DNA from: Octopus vulgaris
Taxonomy: Eukaryota
Assembly (NCBI GenBank): GCA_951406725.2
Contig: OX597814.1
Location: forward strand, 218,922,001-218,986,000
Direction: 5' to 3'
Length of the DNA: 64,000 nucleotides
Shown here in pieces: positions 52,797-64,000 of this stretch (positions are counted from its first letter, which is position 1; each line of letters begins with the position of its first letter). The notes below the pieces were generated by a model, which made no database searches, was not told where the DNA came from, and saw only the letters and a program-made list of their open reading frames with translations. A program made the translations under genes and the position numbers.

Positions 52797-53679
52797 TACT
52801 TATGGTTGACTTTGCCAGTCATTGTCTTGGGGTTGATAAGATAAGAACCAGTTAATTACTGGAGTCAAGTCAATTACATTGACACCCCTCGCATAATAAG
52901 AAAACTACTAGTCTTGTGCCATAATTAGATTAAAAACTATTATTATTATTCATTGTTATTTTATATCTGCATTCCAAGCTAGCATGGGGTGGACAGGTGA
53001 TTTTTGGTCTCTTAGATGGGTTGGGGTACCACATTTCACACATGACTTTCATTTTAGTTTCTATGGTCAGGTGCCCTTCCTAATACCAACCATTTCACAG
53101 AGTGTACTTGGGTGCATTTTAACAAGATACCTACACTGGAGGGGTTGTTATGTCTTTAAACAAAACTAAAGGGTTCTCACAACTCTATAACATAGCAAAG
53201 AGAACTAAGTACATCTTATTGTGGCATCAGCACTAGAGAGGATGAGAGTAAGAGAGTAACAAATAACAAGAGGTGGATAAATGATGAGAGTGAATGATGG
53301 CCGTTGATACCAAATAGCCAGTGTGGAACATAGGTAGTATGTTTGAGGTACATAGAGGTCTGATGATGTTCTTTTAAATATATATATACTCCAAGATGGT
53401 GATTGCTGTTGAGTAGACTCAGTGAAACCTACAGCAAAAGATATGTAGTACAGGGGTACCAGATCAAGTGGTTAAGGCTAATCCATAAGCCCAGAATCTT
53501 GGATACACATATATTAGCCAAGCTGTCTTTATTTTCAGGTTTATGGAAGTATGATTGTAATAAATGAATGTAATTCATTAGAAAATCTGCCTCAATCAAC
53601 TCCATCTGACCTACACAACCATGGGAAATCGAACATTAAAACAATGATGATGATGAAGATACATATATGTGTATGTATG

Positions 53680-53714
<35 letters not shown>

Positions 53715-55327
53715 TCATCATCATCATCATCATCATTTAGCGTCCGTTTTCCATGCTAGCATGGGTTGGACGGTTCAACTGGGGTCTGTGAAGCCAGAAG
53801 GCTGCATCAGGCCCAGTTTGATCTGGCAGTGTTTCTACGGCTGGATGCCCTTCCTAACGCCAACCACTCCGCGAGTGTAGTGGGTGCTTTTTACGTGCCA
53901 CCCACACAGGTGCCAGACGGTGCTGGCAAACGGCCACGAACGGATGGTGCTTTTACGTGCCACCAGCACGGGGGTCAGGCGAGCTGGCAATGGACACGAA
54001 CAGATGGTGCTTTTACGTGCCACCAGCACAGGGGCCAGGCGAGGCTGGCAACGGACACGAACGAATGGTGCTTTCACCATCACGTGACCGACCAGTCCAT
54101 CAGATGTAGTTACACATCGCTGGTCACAATGCGTTTGCATTGTTTTAGCCTTCGAATGACGCCACCCCGCTGGCTAAGCGAGCAGGCCAACAGGAGAAAG
54201 AGTGGTGAAAGAGTACAGCAGGGATTAACACCATCCCCTGCCGGAGCCTCGTGGAGCTTTTAGGTGTTTTCGCTCAATAAACACACACAACGCCCGGTCT
54301 GGGAATCAAAACCGCGATCCTGCGACTGCGAGTCCGCTGCCCTAACCACTAGGCCATTGCGCCTCCACATATATGTATATATATACCAGTAAATCTAAGT
54401 AGTATATAGATCCCAGGTAAATCCTCATGCATGACAGGTAAATCCAAATATCTTTTGGCAGAATTTCTCAAAATTCAGAGTATTTGACAATTGTTGGTTT
54501 TATAAGATGAGATCTATAATAAAGATGTAATTTTCTTTATGGTGGAAGCACTCTGTCGGTTACGACGATGAGGGTTCCGGTTGATCCGAATCAATGGAAC
54601 AGCCTGCTCGTGAAATTAACGTGTAAGTGGCTGAGCACTCCACAGACACGTGTACCCTTAACGTAGTTCTCTGGGATATTCAGCGTGACAAAGAGAGTGA
54701 CAAGGCCGGCCCCTTGAAATACAGGTACAACAGAAACAGGAAGTAAGAATGGAGTGAGAGAAAGTTGAGGCGAAAGAGTACAACAGGGGTCGCCACCATC
54801 CCCTGCTGGAGCCTCGTGGAGCTTTAGGTGTTTTCGCTCAATAAACACTCACAACGCCCGGTCTGGGAATCGAAACCGTGATCCTCCGACCGCGAGTCCG
54901 CTGCCGTAACCACTGGGCCAATTTTCTTTATACATAGCTTTTTAACACACACACACACACACAGACAGAGGCTACTTCACCTACGACTAACACCAAATCT
55001 ATGGGAAATAACTTGACTTCCCCTTGCAAATTGATATAATTTTTCCAGTATGTTTCGCTACACATTTTTCTTCCAACACCAAATCAACCTCGAGTCTATG
55101 TACCTCCAGCATAAAAGATAAAAGAGGGTATGTACCCACACACAGAGACGTACATGTTAACCAAACATTCTACTCGCTTGTGTCTCTTCTCTTTCCCCAA
55201 TGGCACATATATGTATTATGCCAATCTTCTGAATGGAGTCATTATTAGATGGTCATGGCACATTTACTGTAGCATTGTTCAAATTCAACTTTGCATAAAG
55301 CTGCCTAAACCTTACAGCTATTGTGCA

Positions 55328-55729
55328 TCTTTATATATAAAAGTGAGGTTGTATGCTGTCTGTCTCCTACGATTTAGATTCCTAACTACTCCCACATTTT
55401 GCGGTGCAGTTTAACCAAAACTGGGTATCTTATAGTCGTGATTCATATTGAGCCCTTCTGGGTATTAGCGCACGTCTACGAAGAGTCTACGATTTAAAAA
55501 AAAATTTACCATCATTTTTTTTCCATTTTAATGCATTTTTTCGCTATTATATAAGGGAAGTAACTCTCTAAAAATGTCTACGATGAGTCAACGATTTAAA
55601 AAAAAATTTACCATCGTTTTTTTTCCATTTTTAATGCATTTTTTTGCTATTTTTTGGCTATAACTCTCTAAAAATGCTTATATAATTATTTCCCTTACAA
55701 ACCCAAGCAACGCCAGGCGATACTGCTAC
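55328..55729 (+). mobile_element. Non-autonomous Helitron
   Basis: Copy of 13135-13531. Confidence 0.85.
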
Positions 55730-55758
55730 TCATATATAAAATTAAAGCAAGTACTCAC

Positions 55759-55806
55759 ATTAAATTCATGAGCATATGCAATATCATGTTGTATACATTC
55801 TTCATA
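55759..55806 (-). CDS. SLC11A2-like: NRAMP mini-exon YEECIQHDIAYAHEFN (48 nt)
   Basis: tttttctatttcAG|...|GTgagt, phase 0/0; supplies the Cys of the TM7-8 extracellular loop. Confidence 0.78.
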
Positions 55807-58800
55807 CTGAAATAGAAAAATCAAATATTTTCAATAGAATTATTTTTAAAACAATCATAGAGTATGCATGTATGTATGCATGTGTGTGTATGTATGTGCG
55901 CGTGTATGTATGTGTGTATGTATGTATGTAATTGTTTAGCATATACAGAAGGGCTTCGTGAATTTTTGCTTGATTGATTGTAGTGGACTTTTATAACAAG
56001 TTATTTTTAAAACAGCAAAATCTGACCCTTAAATGTAGAAAACTAAATTTCCCCCCAGTGGGATGGTTAGAAAACCCATGATGTAAAGAAAAGGAGAGTG
56101 TGTTGTTTTGTGTCATACGAGTGGAGAGCAGAAAAGTTCCTGGTTTTAAGGGTCTTGTGAAAGACTTGGTTGGAGGCCCAAACTTCTTTCTTTTACAGGG
56201 CTTAGAAAAACTGAAGGACCGCTGCAATAAGTGTGTGAATCTGAGAGGGGAATCATCATCATCATCATCATCATCATCGTTTAACGTCCGTTCTCCATGC
56301 TGGCATGGGTTGGACGGTTCGACCGGGGATCTGGGAAGCCAGAAGGCTGCACCAGGCTCCAGTCTTATCTGGCAATGTTTCTACAGCTGGATGCCCTTCC
56401 TAACGCCAACCACTCCGTGAGTGTAGTGGGTGCTTTTTACGTGCCACCTGCACTGGTGCCAGGTGAGGCTGGCATCGGCCACGGTCAGATTGGTGCATTT
56501 TACGTGCCACCTGCACGGAAGCCAGTCAAGGCGGCACTGGCTTCGGCCACAATTCGGATGGTGCCTTTTGTTGAATAAAATCATAATCAACTGATCCTTC
56601 TGTATTTTCTTTTACCCAAAGCCAGGAACTTTCAGAAACCCTCGTAGATCTTTTTCAAGGTGTTTAGAACAATGTAAAGAGGAGTTCTAACTGTTATGGA
56701 GTCAATGGCTGATGATATCAATTTTTGTTAGTTATAGTATAGTTATTCATATAACCTGACAAACTTCACAGAAATCATCATTATTTAACAATCATTGTCC
56801 ATGCTGGCATGGATGAGTTGGACGGTTTGATTGGGCTGGCACACTGGAAGGCTGCACCAGGTTCCAGTCTGATTCGGTATGGTCTTCTATGGCTGGATGC
56901 CCTTCCTAACGCCAACCACTCCGAGAGTGTAATGAGTGCTTTTATGTGCCACCGGCACAAGTGCCATTTTTGTGATGCTGGGGTGCGTTTATGCGCCACC
57001 AGCACAGGTGTTAGTTTGCATGACACTGGTATCTTCCATGACTGCAATTTTGCTCAGCTTGATGGGTTTTCTTCTCAAGCATGACATAATGCCAAAGGTC
57101 TCGGTCATTGCCTCCTTGAGGCCCAACACTTGAAAGGAACTCAGCCACTTTGCTCCCATGAGGCCCAACACTCAAAAGAATTTCAGCCACTTTGCTTCTG
57201 TGAAGCCCAATGCTTGAAAGGAATTCAGCCCCTTTGCCTCCATGAGACCCAACGTTCAAAAGAAGTTCTTTACATGCCACCAGCATGGGTCTTCTTAAGC
57301 CCAGCAAATCACCAAAGGTCTCAGTCACAGTCATTGCCTCTGTGAGGCTCAAAGTTTGTAGATCATGCTTCACCACCTCATCCCATGTCTTCCTGGATCT
57401 ACCACAGGTTCCCTCCACAATTAGAGATTGGCACTTTTTTTACACAGCTGTCTGCATCCACATGCATTACACGACCATACCAGCGCAGTCGTCTCTCTGG
57501 CACACCACAGCTGATGCCTCTTATGCCTAACTTTTCATTCAAGATGCTTACACTGTTGAACATGCACACTGACATTGCACATCCAGCAAAGCATAGAGTC
57601 ATAGTCCTATGAGAAAATGCCCAACATATTTCAAACTTTTTCCAGTTACTATAATGACACTCAGTTATGATGACAAAAGTTCCAGTTGATCTGATAACGG
57701 AACAGCCTGCTCATGCAATTAACATATGAGTGGCTGAGCACTCCACAGACACACGTAACCCTTAAGATAGTTATCAGGGAGATTCAGCCTGACACAGAAT
57801 GTGACAAGGCTGGCCCTATGAATTACAGGTACCACTCAATTTTACCAGCTGAGTGGAGTGGAGCAACATGAAATAAAGTGTCTTGCTCAAGGACACAACT
57901 GGCCATCAGGAATCAAATTCACAACCTTACAATTGTGAACCAAATACCCTAATCACTAAGCTACACACCTTCTTATTTCTTTATTGACCACAAGGGGCTA
58001 AACACAGAAGGGACAAACAAGGACAAATAAAGGTATTAAGTCGATTACATCGACCCCAGTGCATAACTGGTACTTAATTTATCGACCCTGAAAGGATGAA
58101 CTAGTCGACTCCACTGACATTGCACATCCAGCAAAGCATAGAGTCATAGTCCTATGAGAAAATGCCCAACATATTTCAAACTTTTTCCAGTTACTATAAT
58201 GACACTCAGTTATGATGAGTCATCTATTTTGTACACAGAATAATTTGTCATCTGTTTGTGTCTATCAACATATTGCATGTCTGTATTATCTTTTGACAAC
58301 AACCCCATCTGAAATAAATCAACAGCAGTATTAATCGCCACTGCCGCCGTTTCTTTATTGAACATAGAAGATAGCCTTGTCAAGGCGCAAGGACAAATGA
58401 AGCTGTGTGGTAAGTCGATTGCATCGACCAACCAGTGCATAACTGGTTCCGGGTTCAGTCGACCACTGCGTGACATCTTGGGCAAGTGTCTTCTACTATA
58501 GCCCCAGGCCGACCAAAGCCTTGTGAGTGGATTTGGTAGACGGAAACTGAAAGAAGCCTGTCGTATATATGTATATATATATATGTATGTGTATGTTTGT
58601 TTGTGTGTCTGTGTTTGTACCCCTAGCATTGCTTGACAACCGATGCTGGTGTGTTTGCGTCCCCGTCACTTAGCGGTTTGGCAAAAAGAGACCGATAGAA
58701 TAAGTACTGGGCTTACAAAGAATAAGTCTCGGGGTCGATTTGCTCGACTAAAGGCGGTGCTCCAGCATGGCCGCAGTCAAATGACTGGAAGAGGTAAAAG

Positions 58801-58855
58801 AAGCTCTTGAGGTAGAGATGAAAAAAAAACTCCAACATTTGCTGGTTACACTTAC

Positions 58856-59017
58856 CACTGTTGTGTTACCGTCCCTTTGACTGAAACCTTCAGCAAAGAC
58901 GGACACGACAAACAAATTGATGAGGAACGAAACAAACAGTGCAACAGCAGCTTCAACGAAATAATACATGTTGGCTTCTTTTACTTTTTTCTTGTTGCTT
59001 CTGTCAATATCACGGGA
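58856..59017 (-). CDS. SLC11A2-like: NRAMP/DMT1 exon (TM7)
   Basis: SRDIDRSNKKKVKEANMYYFVEAAVALFVSFLINLFVVSVFAEGF...; 162 nt. Confidence 0.95.
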
Positions 59018-59394
59018 CTGGAAAAAACAAAAACAAAAAAAAAAAGGACACCAAAATATTAAAAGGGTTACAACAACACCCGTTAAAAATAACAATGAAC
59101 TGGCAATAGTAAACTGTTAGAAATAGTTGAGTACCAAGTGCCATGCGGTTATTAGTTTCACCCCTCTCAGTTTTAAATCTTGTTAAGGCTGTTGCAACTT
59201 CAGCAGCAGCATAGACGCAGGAGTGGCTGTGTGGTAAGTAGCTTGCTTACCAACCACATGGTTCCGGGATCAGTCCCACTGCATGGCACTTTGGGCAAGT
59301 GTCTTCTACTGTAGCCCCGGGCTGACCAAAGCCTTGTGAGTGGATTTGGTAGATGGAAACTGAAAGAAGCTTGTCGTATACATACATACATATG

Positions 59395-59430
<36 letters not shown>

Positions 59431-60010
59431 CATATGTATGTATGTATGTGTGTGTATATATAAATGTGTGTGTGTTTGTCCCCCTAGCATTGCTTGACAA
59501 CTGATGCTGGTGTGTTTACGTCCCCGTAAATTAGCGGTTCGGCATAAGAGACCGATAGAATAAGTACTAGGCTTACAAAGAATAAGTCCTGGGGTCGATT
59601 TGCCTAACTAAAAGGCGGTGCTCCAGCATGGCCACAGTCAAATGACTGAAATGAGTAAAAGAGTAATTGTAGTAAGGTACTTTTACACTGATGTTTCCCT
59701 GCTGCTATTGGATGGATGATTTGTCATGGTTTGAGTTTTTCAGAGTTACTACACTCAAGATGGTTCAAGGGGTAACATCTTGCTTGTTTATTTCACTTTT
59801 TGGTATGGTTGTCATGAGCGAATGCCCTTCTCAATACCAAACACTTTACAGAGTGTGTTGGAAGCATTTCATCATAGCACTTGTACTAGATAGATTACAA
59901 GACTAAGGAATGTTCTCTATACTATGTTGCTGCCATTTGTGCAAAGGCGACATGACCAACAGGGCAAACAGAAGAGAGAGAGTGATGGCAGAGAAAACCA
60001 TGGTGAGAGA

Positions 60011-60073
<63 letters not shown>

Positions 60074-60829
60074 GTCACCACCACCATCATTTAAAGTCCG
60101 TTTTCCATGCTGGTATGGGTTAGATGCGAGTCATGTTTTTAAATGACTCACTTTGAAGTTTTGCATTCGGTACAATTTGTTTATTTTAGTAGTTTTGACT
60201 GCAAAAGTCCCTCCTAGCGTGCGGTACCTATGAATAATAGTACCCTCTATATAATATAAATATATATCATCATCATCATCATCATCATTGTTTAACGTCC
60301 GTTCTCCATGCTAGCATGGGTTAGATGGTTCGATTAGGGTCTGGGAAGCCAGGAGGCTGCACCAGGCTCCAGTCTGATCTGGCAGTGTTGCTACAGCTAG
60401 ATGCCTTTCCTAACGCCAACCACTCCGAGAGTGTAGTGGGTACTTTTTATGTGCCACCAGCACAGGGGCCAAAGGGGGGGGGGGGGCATCAACCATGTTT
60501 GGATGGTGCTTTTACATGCCACCAGCATGGGAGCCAGTAAAGGCGGTGCTGGTATCAACTACATTCGGATGATGCATTTTACATGCCACCGGCACAGGGG
60601 CCAGTCAGAGCGAGGGGGATGGCATCAGTCACAACTACAATTTCCATTTGATTGTGGTTTGATGTTGATGTTGATGTTGATGTACTTGACTCAATAGGTC
60701 ACCCTATGATCCAGAGGTACTTTTTGAGTCGGCTGGGATGGTTAGGCAACACTGTCATAGGCTACAGCTGGGATCTCATTTTATTTGCCAGCTTTTCTCA
60801 GTCACAGCATATCTCCAGAGGTCTCGGTC

Positions 60830-62150
60830 TTTTGTCATTGTCTGTGAGGCCCAACATTCAAAGGTCATGCTTCACCACCTTATCCCGTGTCTTCCTGGGT
60901 TCCTTCCACTGTTTGAGAGTGGCACTTCTTCACACAGCTCTCCTCATCCATCCGTAGTCCATGACCATACCAGGGCAGACGTCTCTCTTGCATGCAACAT
61001 CTGATGCTTCTTATGTCCCTTACACTCTGTAGTGTGTGCACACTGACATTACATATCCAGCAGATCATACTAGCTTCATTTCTTTCCAGCCTACACATGT
61101 CTTCTGCAGTCACAGCCCATGTTTCAGTGCCATGAAGTATGGCAGTTTATACACATGCATCGTACAAACTACCTTTCACTCCGAGTGAGAGGTCCTTTGT
61201 CACCAGTTGGGGGTAGAAGCTTTCTGAACTTTGCCCAGGCTATTCTTATTCTACTGGTAATGCTCTCTGAGCATCCACCCCCTACTATAAACTTGGTCAC
61301 CTAGGTAACGGAAGCTATCAACTACTTCTGGCATGTGATGAAATCTGTCATCTGTGGTGCTTATTGCCCCTGTGCATCTGCTGCACTTGAAAGCTATCTT
61401 CCCAGTTAATCTTCCTCTGATGTTGCTGCACCTTTTATGCATCCATAGTTTACACTGGGTACATCTTATGGAGTTTCTACCTACATCTTTTCTACAGATC
61501 GAGCAGGGCCATCTACCTGAAGGAGTGTGTGATGTGTTCGCCTTCCTACTTACTAGGACTTTGGCTTCTGCAACATTGACTCTAAGGCCCTTCGATTGTA
61601 AACCTTGCTTCCACACCTGAAATTTCTTCTCTAGTTCTGGTAGTGATTCCACTATGAGAGCAAGGTCATCAGCATAGAGAAGCTCCCAGGGGCAACCTGT
61701 CCTGAAATCCTCTGTTATTGTCTGGAGGACTATGATGAATAAAAGAGGGCTATGGGCTGATCCTCGGTGAACCCTTACTTCTACCCAAAATTCTTCACTA
61801 TATTCATTGCCGATCCTTACCTTACTAACAGCATCCCTGTACAGCTCTTATTAACCACTCATCAATCCCAAGTTTCCGCATCGCCTACCAGATAAGGTAT
61901 CGAGGGGCCCTGTCAAAGGCTATCTCCAAGTCAACAAAAGCCAAGTATAGGGGTTTATCTTCGGCTAGGAGCGTGTGATGTGTTTGCCTTCCTACTTACT
62001 AGGACCTTGGTTTTTGCGACATTGACTCTAAGGCCCTTCAATTCTAAACCTTGTTTCCACACCTGAAATTTCTTCTCTAGTTCTGGTAGTGATTTTGCTA
62101 TGAGGGCCAGGTCATCAGCATAGAAGAGCTCCCAGGGGCAACCTGTCTTA
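60830..62150 (-). mobile_element. RTE-type LINE RT fragments (decayed, with internal duplication)
   Basis: GCPWELFYADDLALIA...WKQGLE.KGLRVNVAKTKV appears twice; a related piece lies at about 57000-57600. Confidence 0.85.
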
Positions 62151-62266
62151 ATCAAATGGGGGACTAGAGTGATAAAAGAGGGAAGGTGATTCAGGAAAGA
62201 TTAATGGGAAAAAATTATGTATATATATACATATATATAACTCCATGCTACATGTTTTTTAGGTAT

Positions 62267-62400
62267 CTGAATCTCTGATGTAATAGTTATGCAATAAAGG
62301 GTGCTCAGCTTAGCTAATCCTCAGGCTGGATTTACCTTCATACTGAAGATTAGCTATTTTGAGCGCTTATCATTGCATAACTATTACATCAGAGGTTCAG
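62267..62400. repeat. Imperfect palindrome of about 135 bp
   Basis: CTCTGATGTAATAGTTATGCAAT...TAGCTAATC and GATTAGCTA...ATTGCATAACTATTACATCAGAG. Confidence 0.85.
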
Positions 62401-63255
62401 CTGGCTAATAAACATATGTAGTATGCATTTTACTAGTTCCATTCCCTCAGTTTGGATTTCTATTCACATTTGTAGCAGCTCTAATGAATTAATTAAGCAA
62501 ACAAATGGGCCAAAAGTTCATTTTATCGATGAATATATCATTGGTGGGATGATATGACCCTTTTGCTTGCTGCACAAAAAGACTTTCAACCTTATAAACC
62601 ACTAAATCATGCCAATCAATGTAGGACTTTAGCTTTTATATTACAGATGAAATGGCCAAGTAAATAGGACATCAAGCTAGTAATTTATCGCTCTCATACT
62701 ATATATACCAGCAACAGGTTTTTGTGAGTCTGGGACAGGGCTCTTCATTCCATGTACAGGCATTCCTCAACTTTTAAATGACAATTTTTTCAACTTTATA
62801 TCATTTTTTTACAGAAATTAATGGAAAAAAAATAAACCTCAATTTCAGTTGACTTATCTGACTTATTGTTGGTCTCAGTATTTAAAAGCATAAATTTTTT
62901 TTTAAAAAACACCTAAATATTAATACTGAAGTGGAAAATCAAATGAAATACATGTGAAAATATGGACAAAACATTTATCAAAACAGATATGAGCTAATAA
63001 ATCTTTTAAATGCTTTTTTGTGTTATATTGTTTCTGAGCAAAGTCACATGTCTTGGAATGAATTACTGACATAAGTTGAGGTATGCTTGTATGTCGTTTC
63101 ACATAACACTGCGAATGGTGACACATCTTTTTAAGAAATGCCACCATGCCAACTGCCAAGGTTGTGGGAATTTCTCTATCACCCACTAAAATAACATGAA
63201 ACATAATGTTAGGTATTCAACTGCAACTGTCTACAGCATAACAAAGTCAACTTAC

Positions 63256-63411
63256 CTTAACCAATGCAGAATGCAGGTAAATGTTATGAGGCATGATAAT
63301 AGCACCAATAATACCAACAGCTTGAATCAACTGTGTAGGACCACAGCCACTACAATAAGGAATAAACAGGCCTTTCAAAATTTCTCCCTGGTTTGGAGCT
63401 GCAGCACCATA
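63256..63411 (-). CDS. SLC11A2-like: NRAMP/DMT1 exon (TM6 with the MPH motif)
   Basis: [18 protein letters not shown]...[22 protein letters not shown]; 156 nt, AG/GT flanked. Upstream exons lie beyond the window. Confidence 0.96.
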
Positions 63412-63546
63412 CTGAAGATATAAAGGTGAAATGAAAAGCAAAATGTTAAATCATATCTCTCTCTCACGCACGCACGCACACACACGCACACACACACATA
63501 CACACACATATGTATAAATAAATAAATGTATAATTCAAATACTTTT

Positions 63547-63634
63547 ACTTCCGACACATGTTTCGAAGATTTCACTGATATTATTCCAAAGGAATAAATG
63601 GTCTAAAACAATGTCATCTTCTCTTCAGGGAAGT
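63547..63634 (-). ncRNA. Type I hammerhead ribozyme with an intact core
   Basis: Minus strand ACTTCC-CTGAAGA-GAAGAT-(45-nt loop)-ATCTTC-GAAA-CA-tg-TG-TC^-GGAAGT. Confidence 0.85.
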
Positions 63635-64000
63635 GAAGAAATGAAACTCGTCAGTAAGACATTTTAACAGAAAATGATGGATATGTAAAGTGATTTACTG
63701 AATGCTATTAATATTGTTTGAAAAACATTATATGATATAATGTCAGAAGTAGCCTATAGAAAGAGGAGGGAAATTTTTGTAGTGAATGTTAAATATAAAT
63801 AGAAAATTAATGTTTAAATTATATATAATTATAGAGATTACTTATATGAACTAAAGGTATGTTTTTGCCAATGTTTACATTGGTATGCATGCTCTATAAC
63901 CGTGCTTACTAGGGGATTTTTAGAAAAAATAATGAAAACTAGTTCAGAATTACAGAGAAGACAGAATTCCTTGCCTTTGTCATAAGGTATCGAGATTAAG

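Overview
AT-rich, intron-rich animal DNA; the SINE, LINE and microsatellite landscape looks like an octopus/coleoid cephalopod genome (inference). Two host genes converge. The last coding exon of an arginase lies at 662-828 (+). An NRAMP/DMT1 (SLC11) metal transporter on the - strand has eight recognisable exons between 63411 and 34154, including 48- and 33-nt mini-exons. The block 16885-28468 is repeated at 28569-37866 across a 100-N gap, probably two haplotypes assembled in tandem. The rest is transposon-derived: a 5'-truncated Penelope-like element (PLE) with an open RT + GIY-YIG ORF, Tc1 and mariner elements, a piggyBac relic and MITEs, Helitrons, a Gypsy relic, RTE and CR1 LINE pieces, and tRNA-derived SINEs. 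The most notable signal is a set of sequence-unrelated short elements, mostly in (TA)n tracts, carrying minimal type I hammerhead ribozyme folds. Many have an inverted copy of their own 3' end, with the inversion junction in or beside the ribozyme, the same layout as the coding PLE. One is a 464-bp circularly permuted, retrozyme-like unit. Some hammerheads lie sense-oriented in NRAMP introns. All folds were read by eye; no activity is shown.
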